A DNA stretch of 64,000 nt. Source: Macrostomum hystrix (Eukaryota > Animalia > Platyhelminthes). The notes beneath the pieces are model-generated. The model was given only the letters and a program-made list of their open reading frames with translations. It had not been told where the DNA came from and made no database searches. The stretch spans positions 3,162,001-3,226,000 of the forward strand of contig CATNEN010000031.1 of the NCBI GenBank assembly GCA_950097015.1. The letters are read 5' to 3'. A program made the translations under genes and the position numbers. Of this stretch, positions 35,252 to 46,382 are shown piece by piece (the stretch's first letter is position 1; each line of letters starts with the position of its first letter).

Positions 35252-37596
35252 CGATAAGATCTCTGTACCACCAAACCATAAAACTGATAAGATCTCTGTA
35301 CCACCAAACCATAATACTGATAAGATCTCTGTACCACCAACCGATAGAACTGATAAGATTTCTGTACCACCGAACTATAAAACTGATAAGATCTCTGAAC
35401 CACCAACCGATAGAACTAAAAAGATCTCTGTACCACCGAACCATAAAACTGATAAGATCTCTGTACCACCAAACCATAAAACTGAAAAGATCTCTGTACC
35501 ACCAACCGATAGAACTAAAAAGATCTCTGTACCACCGAACCATAAAACAGATTAGATCTATGTACCACCAACCCATAGAACTGATAAGATTTCTGTACCT
35601 CCAACCGATAGAACTAAAAAGATCTATGTACCACCAACCCATAGAACTGATAAGATTTCTGTACCACCAACCGATAGAACTGATAAGATTTCTGTACCTC
35701 CAACCGATAGAACTAACAAGATCTCTGTACCACCAACCCATAGAACTGATAAGATCTCTGTACCGCCAACCAATAGAACTGATAAGATCTCTGTACCGCC
35801 AACCAATAGAACTGATAAGATCTCTGTACCTCCAACCGATAGAACTGATAAGATTTCTGTACCTCCAACCGATAGAACTAACAAGAACTCTGTACCACCA
35901 ACCCATAGAACTGATAAGATCTCTGTACCGCCAACCCGTAGAACTGATAAGATCTCTGTACCACCAACCGATAGAACTGATAAGATTTCTGTACCTCCAA
36001 CCGATAGAACTGATAAGATTTCTGTACCTCCAACCGATAGAACTAAAAAGATCTCTGTACCACCGAACCATAAAACAGATAAGATCTCTGAACCACCAAC
36101 CGATAGAACTGATAAGATCTATGTACCAACAACCCATAGAACTGAAAAGATCTCTGGACCACCAACACATAGAACTGAAAAGATCTCTGTACCACCAACC
36201 CGTAGAACTGATAAGATCTCTGTACCACCAACCCATAGAACTGATAAGATCTCTGTACCACCAACCCATAGAACTGATAAGATCTCTGTACCACCAACCC
36301 ATAGAACTGAAAAGATCTCTGTACCACCAACCCATAAAACAGATTAGATCTATGTACCACCAACCCATAGAACTGATAAGATTTCTGTACCTCCAACCGA
36401 TAGAACTAAAAAGATCTATGTACCACCAACCCATAGAACTGATAAGATTTCTGTACCACCAACCGATAGAACTGATAAGATTTCTGTACCTCCAACCGAT
36501 AGAACTAACAAGATCTCTGTACCACCAACCCATAGAACTGATAAGATCTCTGTACCGCCAACCAATAGAACTGATAAGATCTCTGTACCACCAACCGATA
36601 GAACTGATAAGATTTCTGTACCTCCAACCGATAGAACTAACAAGATCTCTGTACCACCAACCCATAGAACTGATAAGATCTCTGTACCGCCAACCCGTAG
36701 AACTGATAAGATCTCTGTACCACCAACCGATAGAACTGATAAGATTTCTGTACCTCCAACCGATAGAACTGATAAGATTTCTGTACCTCCAACCGATAGA
36801 ACTAAAAAGATCTCTGTACCACCGAACCATAAAACAGATAAGATCTCTGAACCACCAACCGATAGAACTGATAAGATCTATGTACCAACAACCCATAGAA
36901 CTGAAAAGATCTCTGGACCACCAACACATAGAACTGAAAAGATCTCTGTACCACCAACCCGTAGAACTGATAAGATCTCTGTACCACCAACCCATAGAAC
37001 TGATAAGATCTCTGTACCACCAACCCATAGAACTGATAAGATCTCTGTACCACCAACCCATAGAACTGATAAGATCTCTGTACCATTAACCCATAGAACT
37101 GATAAGATCTCTGTACCACCAACCCATAGAACTGATAAGATCTCTGTACCACCAACCCATAGAACTGATAAGATCTCTGTACCACCAACCCATAGAACTG
37201 ATAAGATCTCTGTACCACCAACCCGTAGAACTGATAAGATCTCTGTACCACCAACACATAGAACTGAAAAGATCTCTGTACCACCAACCCGTAGAACTGA
37301 TAAGATCTCTGTACCACCAACCCATATAGAACTGATAAGATCTCTGTACCACCAACCCATAGAACTGATAAGATCTCTGTACCACCAACCCATAGAACTG
37401 ATAAGATCTCTGTACCACCAACCCATAGAACTGATAAGATCTCTGTACCACCAACCCATTGAACTGATAAGATCTCTGTACCACCAACCCATAGAACTGA
37501 TAAGATCTCTGTACCACCAACCCATAGAACTGATAAGATCTCTGTACCACCAACCCATAGAACTGATAAGATCTCTGTACCACCAACCGATAGAAC
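35252..37596. repeat. 33-bp minisatellite (GATAAGATCTCTGTACCACCAACCCATAGAACT), about 70 copies
   Basis: Direct inspection; lies between the converging 3' ends of the stomatin and carboxypeptidase genes. Confidence 0.97.
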
Positions 37597-37847
37597 AAGT
37601 GAGCACAAATATCTGTTAGCGGCTATAAATGATCATGCCTTGAAGTCGCTGTTAATCTAGATAAAAAATTGACTTTTTTAAATTGCTTTTTTTATACATT
37701 TTGTCAATCAACAATTTAATTCAAGCTACAGTCGTTTAGTCCATTTAGTTTACTGTAGTTAACACACAGGCCATCGTCAGAAATTCTTGAAAACCCGATA
37801 GTCAAAGCTTGCAACAATGCTTCGCAGCCTAGCCTAGCAACAAGTGA

Positions 37848-40800
37848 CTACTCCACCGATTGTCTGGGACAGTTCGTGCGGTAGAAATTGGTGTTGGTCT
37901 CCAGGTCGTGAATGGTGCGCAGCATGGCTAGAACGCCGTGGACGGCCTCGACTCCGACATTGCGGATGTAGGCGGGCGGCAGAAGGAAGCCATAGGCGCC
38001 GTCATCTGGTAGCTCGATTGTCAGCGAGTAGGGAATGCCCAGCTGGCCGTGAGCCCAGTCATCCGAGCCACCGCTTGCTTCGTCTGGTAGGTCGCACCGT
38101 GTATTTTTTAATTCAATTTACTTAAGAAAATGCGGAATTAAATTTTCTAGAAACAGGTCATAGACTCACACAGCACGTCCGCACTGGTTCCGTGAATGTA
38201 GTAGCGATGGTTCTTTGAGAACATCTCGTGGCTACCATAGAATGCAACGCAACGCTGTGGGTTTAGAAATGCCATCAGGGAGAGAGAATGCTTGGGAAGC
38301 TACTCAATATGTAGTTTAGAGCAGAGGTCGGCAAACTCCGGCCCGCGGGCCAGATGCGGCCCTCGAAGCTCCCAAATCCGGCCCGTTCCCCTCTCTCGTT
38401 TCGTCTCTCCTGTGTCTCATCTCTCCCGTGTCTCATCTCTCCTCTGTCTCATCTCTCCCATGTCTCATCTCTCCCGTGTCTCATCTCTCCGGTGTCTCAT
38501 CTCTCCAGTGTCTCATCTCTCCCGTGTCTCATCTCTCCGTGTCTCATCTCTCCCGTGTCTCATCTCTCCCGTGTCTCATCTCTCCAGTGTCTCATATCTC
38601 CAGTGTCTCATCTCTCCCGTTTCTCATCTCTCCTGTGTCTCATCTCTCCCATGTCTCATCTCTCCCGTGTCTCATCTCTCCAGTGTCTCATCTCTCCCTA
38701 TCTCTGATATATTTCTCTTATATTTCTACAGTCAATGCGGCCTGCTGTCATCTTTTAGGTTCTCTTTTTGGCCCGCTAGCTAATAAGTTTGCCGACCCCT
38801 GGACTAGAGCAAGCAGTAGATCTGCATGGATCCTTGTTGCGCTAAAGCTGCTTTGAAAATCAATACACCAGGCATTTTTATCTTGGCTTCAGCCTGGAAG
38901 TAACTATCTTGTCATACGAGCGATTTGAAATTTAATCACCGACAGTATCCAAGTGTTAGCCTGCGAATTATATAACCATTGAAGGTGGAACTCGCTGAAG
39001 CGAGCATGGATAAACAAATATTTATGAACAAATTGAAGTGTTTCACAGAATTCGCATACACAGAAAATTGCTTTTCTAATACACGATTCAAGAACGAGAA
39101 TGCACTTTTCAAAAAATGGTCGCGTTTGTCAACTGATAAGATATACTATCACAATATCATATCATAATATCACTAAAATATTCGGGAATATATAAATTTT
39201 TTAAACTAGTGATTGATATCTGAGAAAATCGTTCAAGATTAATTACTGCTCACCATTTTGTTTGAGCTCTGTCTAGGCTTTGGGTAGACGCCGCGCTCAT
39301 AGCCAAACGGCATAAGCACGTACTGGCCGTAGGAATGATAGGACAGGAAGAGTAGGAATTTCGGACCGGCATTCTCCTGCTCAACGAATCGTTTGACTGC
39401 GGCGGTCTCCATGGCCGAGAACGGCCCAGCGCCGCGGTAGTTATCCTGGCAGGGGTCGCTTGAACTGCCGGCACCCCCCCACCTGCAATTTTTTACAGTT
39501 AAGTGACTGGAGACATTGTTCTACTAATGGCTTTGGTAGGAAAGTGTTAATATCTGTCCCCATTCGCTGGTCCTGATTGGCTGACCGCGGTGGGGTGGGT
39601 GTCCGCAGAGGAAAGAGGAATATCGCTCACCCCAGTTCTTCGCCCAAAGCCAGCACCCCCATGAGACACCCACCCCACCCCGGCCAGCCAATCATTGAAG
39701 TGGCGCACACCATATCCTTAGTTCTCCTTGTTATTACCATATTCTAAACATTTTCCCATATTCAGTTTCAAGTTGTCGACACAGTCTACATCATGCATTT
39801 GAAATGACAATTAGACTAAAATGGTTATGAATCTACAAAAGTTAGTTTACAAATAGACCATTAGAGTAAAATACAGTCGTTCGCCCACCTGTAGCCGTAG
39901 TTTCGATTTAGGTCTACACCTTTGCATACTCGAGACTGCGACGGAGGACCACCATTTGTCTGACGATTTTTACGCCAGAAACGGTACTGGAAAAGTAAAA
40001 GCAAAATCACGAGCTTCCAAGTTAAAAGTAGAAATTATTAAACTATATTTCCCCTGGGGAAAGACCATTCGGGTGAATCCATTCGGGTTCAAAATTGTAT
40101 AAAAATACTATATATTCTATGCAATATAATACACAATAGTAGCCGACATGTAATGCTTGTCTACATTTGTGCCTTTTTGCCACCAGACACCCCGTATAGA
40201 ATCGTTGAATATCTCGACGATGACGATGTGTTTTTATTCTGGAAGTTGTTTCATCGGATAGAGCGGAAAATGTTCTGCATTTTCATAGCGATTGGTTGGA
40301 TATTTTAGGAGATACAGAAAAGAGAAAAATGTAGGCATTTAAAATACCCCCTGTAGTCTTACTACTGTTAAAAGTGCACGTTTAAATATAAAGGTACGCA
40401 TCTTCTTTATTACGAAGTGTATACATCACTTATCACTTTGTGATAATGTCTTGTGCTTTTCTAACAACTCTGGATTAATACTTCGAGTTCACAATGCAAG
40501 TGTTTTTTCGCATAATTCTATCATTGGCCAAACTCGTCAATGCCAATAAGTCAATAAAGTGCTCACATGCGAATGAGAATACTCATAGCCATCCGGATTG
40601 TACAGTGGCAGTACCAGAAAATCGTAGTAGTTCAACAGGGAGACAATCTCGGGCGAGCGGACCCTGGACGAAGGATTCAGGCCCTTAGAGATGAGCTATT
40701 TGAATGGTGAGTGTGTGCGGAGTACATGAGTGAGCTGATCCCTGAGTTTATGTGAGTTGTACTCGTAACCCTCGCAGCTCAGTAGCTCACCACATCAGCC

Positions 40801-43723
40801 AGATACAGCACGGTTGCCGGGCTGATCCACTCCCTGGCGTGGATGCCGCCGTCAATCCAGACTTTGCGCTTCTGCTTGTCCGTCTGACTCTTCTCAATCT
40901 GCCGTCGCGGTTGAGCAACAGAAATATTATTTCCATTGACATACTCAAATAGTCAAATGAGAGTGTGAAGGACAACTACAATCTGTACAAACTGACTCAC
41001 TCTGAGCACAACCAGTTTCCTTCCTTCGTAGGCGCTGCCAATCTCCTGTAGTCGGCAGGTGTTTCTTCGCAGAGCGTTGCACCTCTGCTCCAGTATGCTC
41101 ATGGCTTGAAGAATCTGCATTTATATTTATAGGCTTAGAACACAAATAAAAGATAAGCAGTCTCACAGCAAGGACCTTTATTAGGCCCCACTAACCTGGT
41201 CATATCTGAGGTAGTGCGTATGGCTCAGAATGAGGCCGCTCGGTGGGTCACCGATCGATCTTCGACGCCGTCGGAGCGGCAGTCGCGCCAGCCGGCGGTT
41301 TTCCAACTCCGCCTCGGCAGCCAGCGTGCCGTAGTTGGTCCGCATGAGCTCCAGCTGAACATCCGGCTTGTCCTGGAGGGCTTCTAGAAACTTCGGCAGC
41401 ATGCCCGGAGGCACCAGAATGTCAACTTTGACGTTGCGATGGCTCGGATACTTAAAGAAGGTCAGGCCGAGCTGTTGGGGGGCATTTTTTAAGTGGGAAA
41501 AGGGCGCTTTGCACTCTTGTTTATTCTCCAACATTATTCAATGCTCATTTAACAGTAGCAAGACCACGATGGTATTTCAAATACCCAAATTTGTATCTGT
41601 CCTGTATCTCCTAAACTGTTCAACCAATCATTGAATCGTCGAATATTCAACGATTCTTGTCGGTGGGGGTGTCTGGTGGCAAAAGCCACTAATTTAGGCA
41701 TACATTTTCTGCTCACAAAATTTCATCATGAGACCTTCTCGGCTGTCATTGTTGATTGTGTTGTTAATTATTATATTATCGAAACAATATGGATTGAACA
41801 TGAGCAATGTTCGACAAGAATCGCAGAATTATCTCGGACGGCTTTGAAAGTCAGTTAGTTCATCGTACAGGGCGGAAAATGTTGATCCACATGGTGGACT
41901 TTCACGAAAATCGGTCATTTAGTTTAGGAGCTGTCGTGAAGTAGGCAGCGGGTAGTTGAAATTCTTGTGGTCTATTCCTAGGGAGGGAAAATAGATTGGC
42001 CTCTCTATTGTTAAATACTCGAATTCTGCTTCACATCCAGAGATGATCTGCATTTATTTTAATCCGCAGAGAGTTCAACATCGGAATTCCGGATTCCCTT
42101 ACGCTGGGCTCCGGGTCGCTGGGATAAGTGTCGTGCAACTGACGTAGCAACTCCACGGCCTCCACAGTGAACGGATCCGCCCTGTACAGTCGATAGCTTG
42201 ATTCAATGGAAAACGATTGTTCCGTTAGTGAGACTACTCATAGTAAGATTTAGGTGATTTATTCAATTTAAATGAAATTTTTTAAAGACGAAAGCGGATT
42301 TTTTCTCAAAAGCATAAGAAAAAATCCAAATTAAAAAACCAGGCAAGATTGTAGTTACAGAAACATAAGACTGCGGAGACACGAACAGTAAAGATTTAGG
42401 ACAGGAAAGATTATACAGGGCAGGGATCAGACGGAGGAAGGAATAAAGATGAGGCAGGGGAGAGATGGGGCAGGGGAGAGATGAGGCAGAGGAGAGATGA
42501 GGTATGGGAGAGATGGGGCAGGGGAGAGATGAGGCAGAGGAGAGATGAGGCAGGGGAGAGATGAGGAAGAGGAGAGATGAGATATGGGAGAGATGAGGCA
42601 GAGGAGAGATGAGGTATGGGAGAGATGAGGCAGAGGAGAGATGAGGCAGGGGAGAGATGAGATATGGGAGAGATGAGGCAGAGGAGAGATGAGGCAGGGG
42701 AGAGATGAGATATGGGAGAGATAAGGCAGAGGAGAGATGAGGTATGGGAGAGATCAGGCAGGGGAGAGATGAGAAATGGGAGAGATGAGGCAGAGGAGAG
42801 ATGAGGCAGGGGAGAGATGAGATATAGGAGAGATGAGATATGGGAGAGATAAGGCAGGGAAGAGATGAGATATGGGAGAGATGAGGCAGGGAAGAGATGA
42901 GATATGGGAGAGATGAGGCAGAGGAGAGATGAGGCAGGGGAGAGATGAGATATAGGAGAGATGAGATATGGGAGAGATGAGGCAGGGGAGAGATGAGGTA
43001 TGGGAGAGAGAAGGCAGGGGAGAGATGAGATATGGGAGAGATGAGGCAGGGGAGAGGTGAGATATGGGAGAGATGAGGCAGAGGAGAGATGAGGCAGGGG
43101 AGAGATGAGGCAGGGGAGAGATTAGGCAGAGGAGAGATGAGGCAGGGGAGAGATGAGATATGGGAGAGATGAGGCAGGGGAGAGATGAGGTATGGGAGAG
43201 ATGAGGCAGGGGAGAGATGAGATATGGGAGAGATGAGGCAGAGGAGAGATGAGGCAGGGGAGAGATGAGGCACGGGAGAGATGAGGCACGGGAGAGATGA
43301 GGCAGGGGAGAGATGAGGCAGGGGAGAGATGAGGCAGGGGAGACATGAGGCAGGGGAGAGATGAGGCAAGGGAGAGATGAGGCAGGGGAGAGATGAGGCA
43401 GGGGAGAGATGAGGCAGGGGAGAGATGAGGCAGGGGAGAGATGAGGCAGGGGAGAGATGAGGCAGGGGAGAGATGAGGCAGGGGAGAGATGAGGCAGGGG
43501 AGAGATGAGGCAGAGGAGAGATGAGGCAGGGGAGAGATGAGGCAGGGAGAGATAAGAGGGATAAGAAAGGTGATAGGTAAGGTAGGTCGGCTAATCATCG
43601 AGCATTTCCTCACCCAGTCAGCGAGTTTGAAGTCTCGGCGAGCGGCACAGTCAGGGCAATGAGCAGCAGTGGCAACGTCAGCCGGATTGTGGCACAGGTT
43701 TTGGCAGTAAAACCTTGCGCCAT
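37848..43723 (-). CDS. Zinc metallocarboxypeptidase, M14A family, carboxypeptidase B-like (about 487 aa preproprotein)
   Basis: Ten exons: 43723-43614, 42181-42103, 41471-41196, 41114-41001, 40898-40791, 40695-40567, 39986-39889, 39482-39254, 38254-38170, 38083-37848. They total 1464 nt in frame with GT-AG junctions. Features: signal peptide ([14 protein letters not shown]), prodomain ending [28 protein letters not shown] (Zn His69/Glu72), [37 protein letters not shown] (Zn His196), [10 protein letters not shown] (Tyr248, Asp255) and TIEL (Glu270). Confidence 0.93.
38322..38801. mobile_element. hAT/Charlie-like MITE carrying an internal 16-bp minisatellite
   Basis: TIRs CAGAGGTCGGCAAAC and GTTTGCCGACCCCTG, GGCCCG subterminal motifs, and a degraded 8-bp TSD (GTTTAGAG vs GACTAGAG). 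It sits in a carboxypeptidase intron. Confidence 0.8.
40170..40366 (-). mobile_element. Partial inverted copy of the same TIR family in a carboxypeptidase intron
   Basis: Reverse complement of the left half of 32838-33385, ending CTTACTACTG|TTAA. Confidence 0.6.
41553..42010. mobile_element. Non-autonomous TIR element with TTAA target, family member
   Basis: TTAA|CAGTAGCAAGACCA...TGGCCTCTCTATTG|TTAA, with inner IR GGTATTTCAAATACCC / GGGTAGTTGAAAT. The body matches 24190-24505 and 32840-33385. Confidence 0.7.
42437..43555. repeat. 16-bp purine-rich minisatellite (GAGAGATGAGGCAGGG) in carboxypeptidase intron 1
   Basis: Direct inspection. Confidence 0.97.
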
Positions 43724-45071
43724 TAGTTGCATCTGGCTTGACAAAAATAATTTTTTTCAAAGCAGTAATGTTAAATTTGTTGCTGATTTGAAAGCAGATA
43801 GTGGTATCATTTTATTGAAGCTTCAAGTATTTGCTGGCCTTTTTAATTAGTTCCACAGCAACCAATAGCCTGGAAACAAAAAAGCGGGTGCCTCATTTCT
43901 ACTGGTTCTTCTGCGCAAGCAAGCAATGCGCCGTGACTGACTACCAATGCCCGCTTCTTATTTAGCAACAGTCGTAAAAGAAGAAATCTGGTTCCAACCA
44001 GTGACTCATAATTAGCATGGAATATTCGAATTCCCTTACGACGCACGCGTTTGCACCGAAACCGAAAGACAGATGCGCAAAATGAATTGATAGTCCATTT
44101 GGGTGGTACAGCCGCGACCATTAAAATATGTTTCCATAGCGTTTAGCGTTTTAGCGCGGGTTTTGGATTTTCATGGTGATTGCTTGAATATTTTAGGAGA
44201 TACAGAAAAGAGAAAACGTAGGTATTAGAAATACCGTCTATTTACACGGGCAAGGCCAGAATTATGGTTAACTGAAAACTCGTTAGAAACTGCAGTTGCT
44301 ATGGGACTTGGCTGAACCGAACCAGAAGATCCTTATCTCTGTTGCATTAGGCTATGCCTCCTAGCGATCGGAATCCTGGCTACCAAGAAAAACACACGAT
44401 TCGCTGGGCAGGTCTCTGCACGTAGTAATTAAAAAAATGCTTTAGTTGAATCTTTCTCCTGTGCGCTATAGGATCCCTGCAACCAACTATGCCTGTAATT
44501 TCTCACAAATCAGCTTCAGTGAAGGGCAAGACAGATAGGGTGGATCCTCGGTCAGCTGATGCTGTTTAGAAGAAATGATAGACACGTGGAGAATTGCTAC
44601 GGCATTACGCTTTGAACTTTTGAAGTTGTTAGATGTAAGTTCAGGTTCATGGCCAAGTGCATTATACGATGTCCTAATAATTATAATAATAATTGATTAT
44701 TCATATTGCTTTTTTATTCACTTATGAGATATAGCGGTCGGGAGTTCGAATAGTGGAAACTGTTTGTGTCCTTAAGCAAAGCATTCACGAAGTGCCTTTG
44801 AATACGAGTAGCTGGCAAAGTGCAAATGTCTAAAAACCCAATTCAATGTTAACAAATAACTTTGCATCAAAAATATGTCTATGGTATTGACGGTGGCCCC
44901 GAAGGATTTTTGGACAGATTATGTGTAGATTGTCTATGGTACAAACGGGTCCCGCTCACGACACGGAGCGTGTAGATTGAATCTGCTTTCTGATGAAACT
45001 GAAAACTAACAAGCAATTATCCAACCCCTGATACTTTTTACTTACTTATTTATAGAGTTAGCTACTAAAAT

Positions 45072-46038
45072 ATGGTTTCTAGCCTAGGCATTCTTCACAC
45101 AGTAATCTATTTCATTAACTTCGCCGCTGGCTTGACCTTCATTGTCACCTTCGCTGTTGAGATTGGCAACACATACGATGGCAACTGTCCACTCTACATG
45201 AAGCTGAACATTGTCGACTCCGGAGTCAGCGAGGACAAACTGCCAATCTGCAACTTGCTCATAATATTCTACACCCTCTTCCAGACTTTTTGGCCCCTGC
45301 TGATTGGCTGGCTGTACGCTGTAGCGTCTGGAATCTGCAACACCCTCTGCGACAACAGGTACTTTTTTAGCCAATGGGAAATTCGCACCATGTTCAAGAA
45401 GCTCTACTATTAGTATGTGATCGGGTACAGGTACCGCTCCGCCACTTAAAAATCCCACCAACAGGTGCTGCTGTCCCACAACTAGCAACGAGGCTGCTGC
45501 AGCTGCCGTCACTGCCGAATCTGTGGATCAGCCAGCAGGCTCCGACAACAAAGCTAAGACTGCCGACGATTCCAATGCAGCCCCGGAAGCCGCAGTTGAA
45601 CCACTTCAGCGCTCCGGCGTCTGTCATCGCTGCTGCTTTTGCGTCTTCCTGATAGACTTTCGAAGATCCCGAATGCGCAGCTTTCGCAGCGCCGAGTGGC
45701 ATGTGTTCGCCTTCCTAGCCAGCATTCAATTTGCCATCACAGCCTATTTCGGCGTCTTTCTGGTGTCACTCTTCCTTGGCTACTCGGCCCGCTGCAGCAT
45801 CACTGACGTTGGGCATAATCAGGTTCGACTGTACTTTAAAGATCAGTTTGGAAGCCTGCGAAATTCTGACTCGGACATAATGGACATATTTCCGTACAAA
45901 CTGCTGGAAAGAGAAGATTTGTGCTTTGGCAATCTATACACTATAATTATTGTTGCATCTTCCAGTTCTGCATTCGTGTGCAATCTTGTTAACCTGTTTT
46001 TGTATATTTGGCGTCGGCTAAAAGGATTGTCACTGTAG
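45072..46038 (+). CDS. Four-transmembrane protein, TMEM179-like
   Basis: Exons 45072-45358 and 45465-46038 join in frame across a 106-nt GT-AG intron. There are four hydrophobic segments. The post-TM1 motif GNTYDGNCPLY, a Cys before TM2 and G-x3-C after TM3 resemble the TMEM179 pattern as I recall it. The family call is from memory, not a search. Confidence 0.62.
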
Positions 46039-46116
46039 ATATTTAGGCATGTAGTAGTGTATTTTAAGTATGCTTAATGATATTGTTCATTACCCAACCT
46101 GTACCTGTATACTCCT

Positions 46117-46367
46117 TGTAGTGTTTGCTTCGAACTCTTTGTGTGCGCTCCGAACCCTTGTCTGCCCGTACCCAGAGTACAGTACGCTATCTTTCTCTCC
46201 CCACCCCCAAACAGGCGGAGGCATGTTGGGAAGTCTCCCCTCCCGGGAGCAAGGTAAATATAGTGGCCGCATGGCCGCGGTGAATCACGGCAAGCGAAGC
46301 TTAGCCACTACGAGGCTTCTCACGGACACACACTGTTCAGCTTTCTTATTTGGAGTCCGACTCCACA
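46117..46367 (+). repeat. 5' LTR (251 bp)
   Basis: Direct repeat of 50361-50611, with TG...CA ends. Confidence 0.97.
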
Positions 46368-46368
46368 G

Positions 46369-46382
46369 TGGCGACGAGGATG
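46369..46382 (+). promoter_or_regulatory. Primer binding site complementary to the tRNA-Ser(GCU) 3' end
   Basis: TGGCGACGAGGATG is the reverse complement of CAUCCUCGUCG-CCA, the metazoan tRNA-Ser(GCT) acceptor end as I recall it. It lies 1 nt after the 5' LTR. Confidence 0.8.

Noticed and set aside
35157-37608. 509-aa and 634-aa ORFs on opposite strands
   Set aside because: The 33-bp unit (11 codons) is open in several frames; the sequence has no protein-like complexity.
42263-43760. 368-aa and 212-aa Pro/Leu/Ser-rich ORFs
   Set aside because: Translations of the 16-bp intronic array. The real exon 1 (43723-43614) is in a different frame and ends at a donor.
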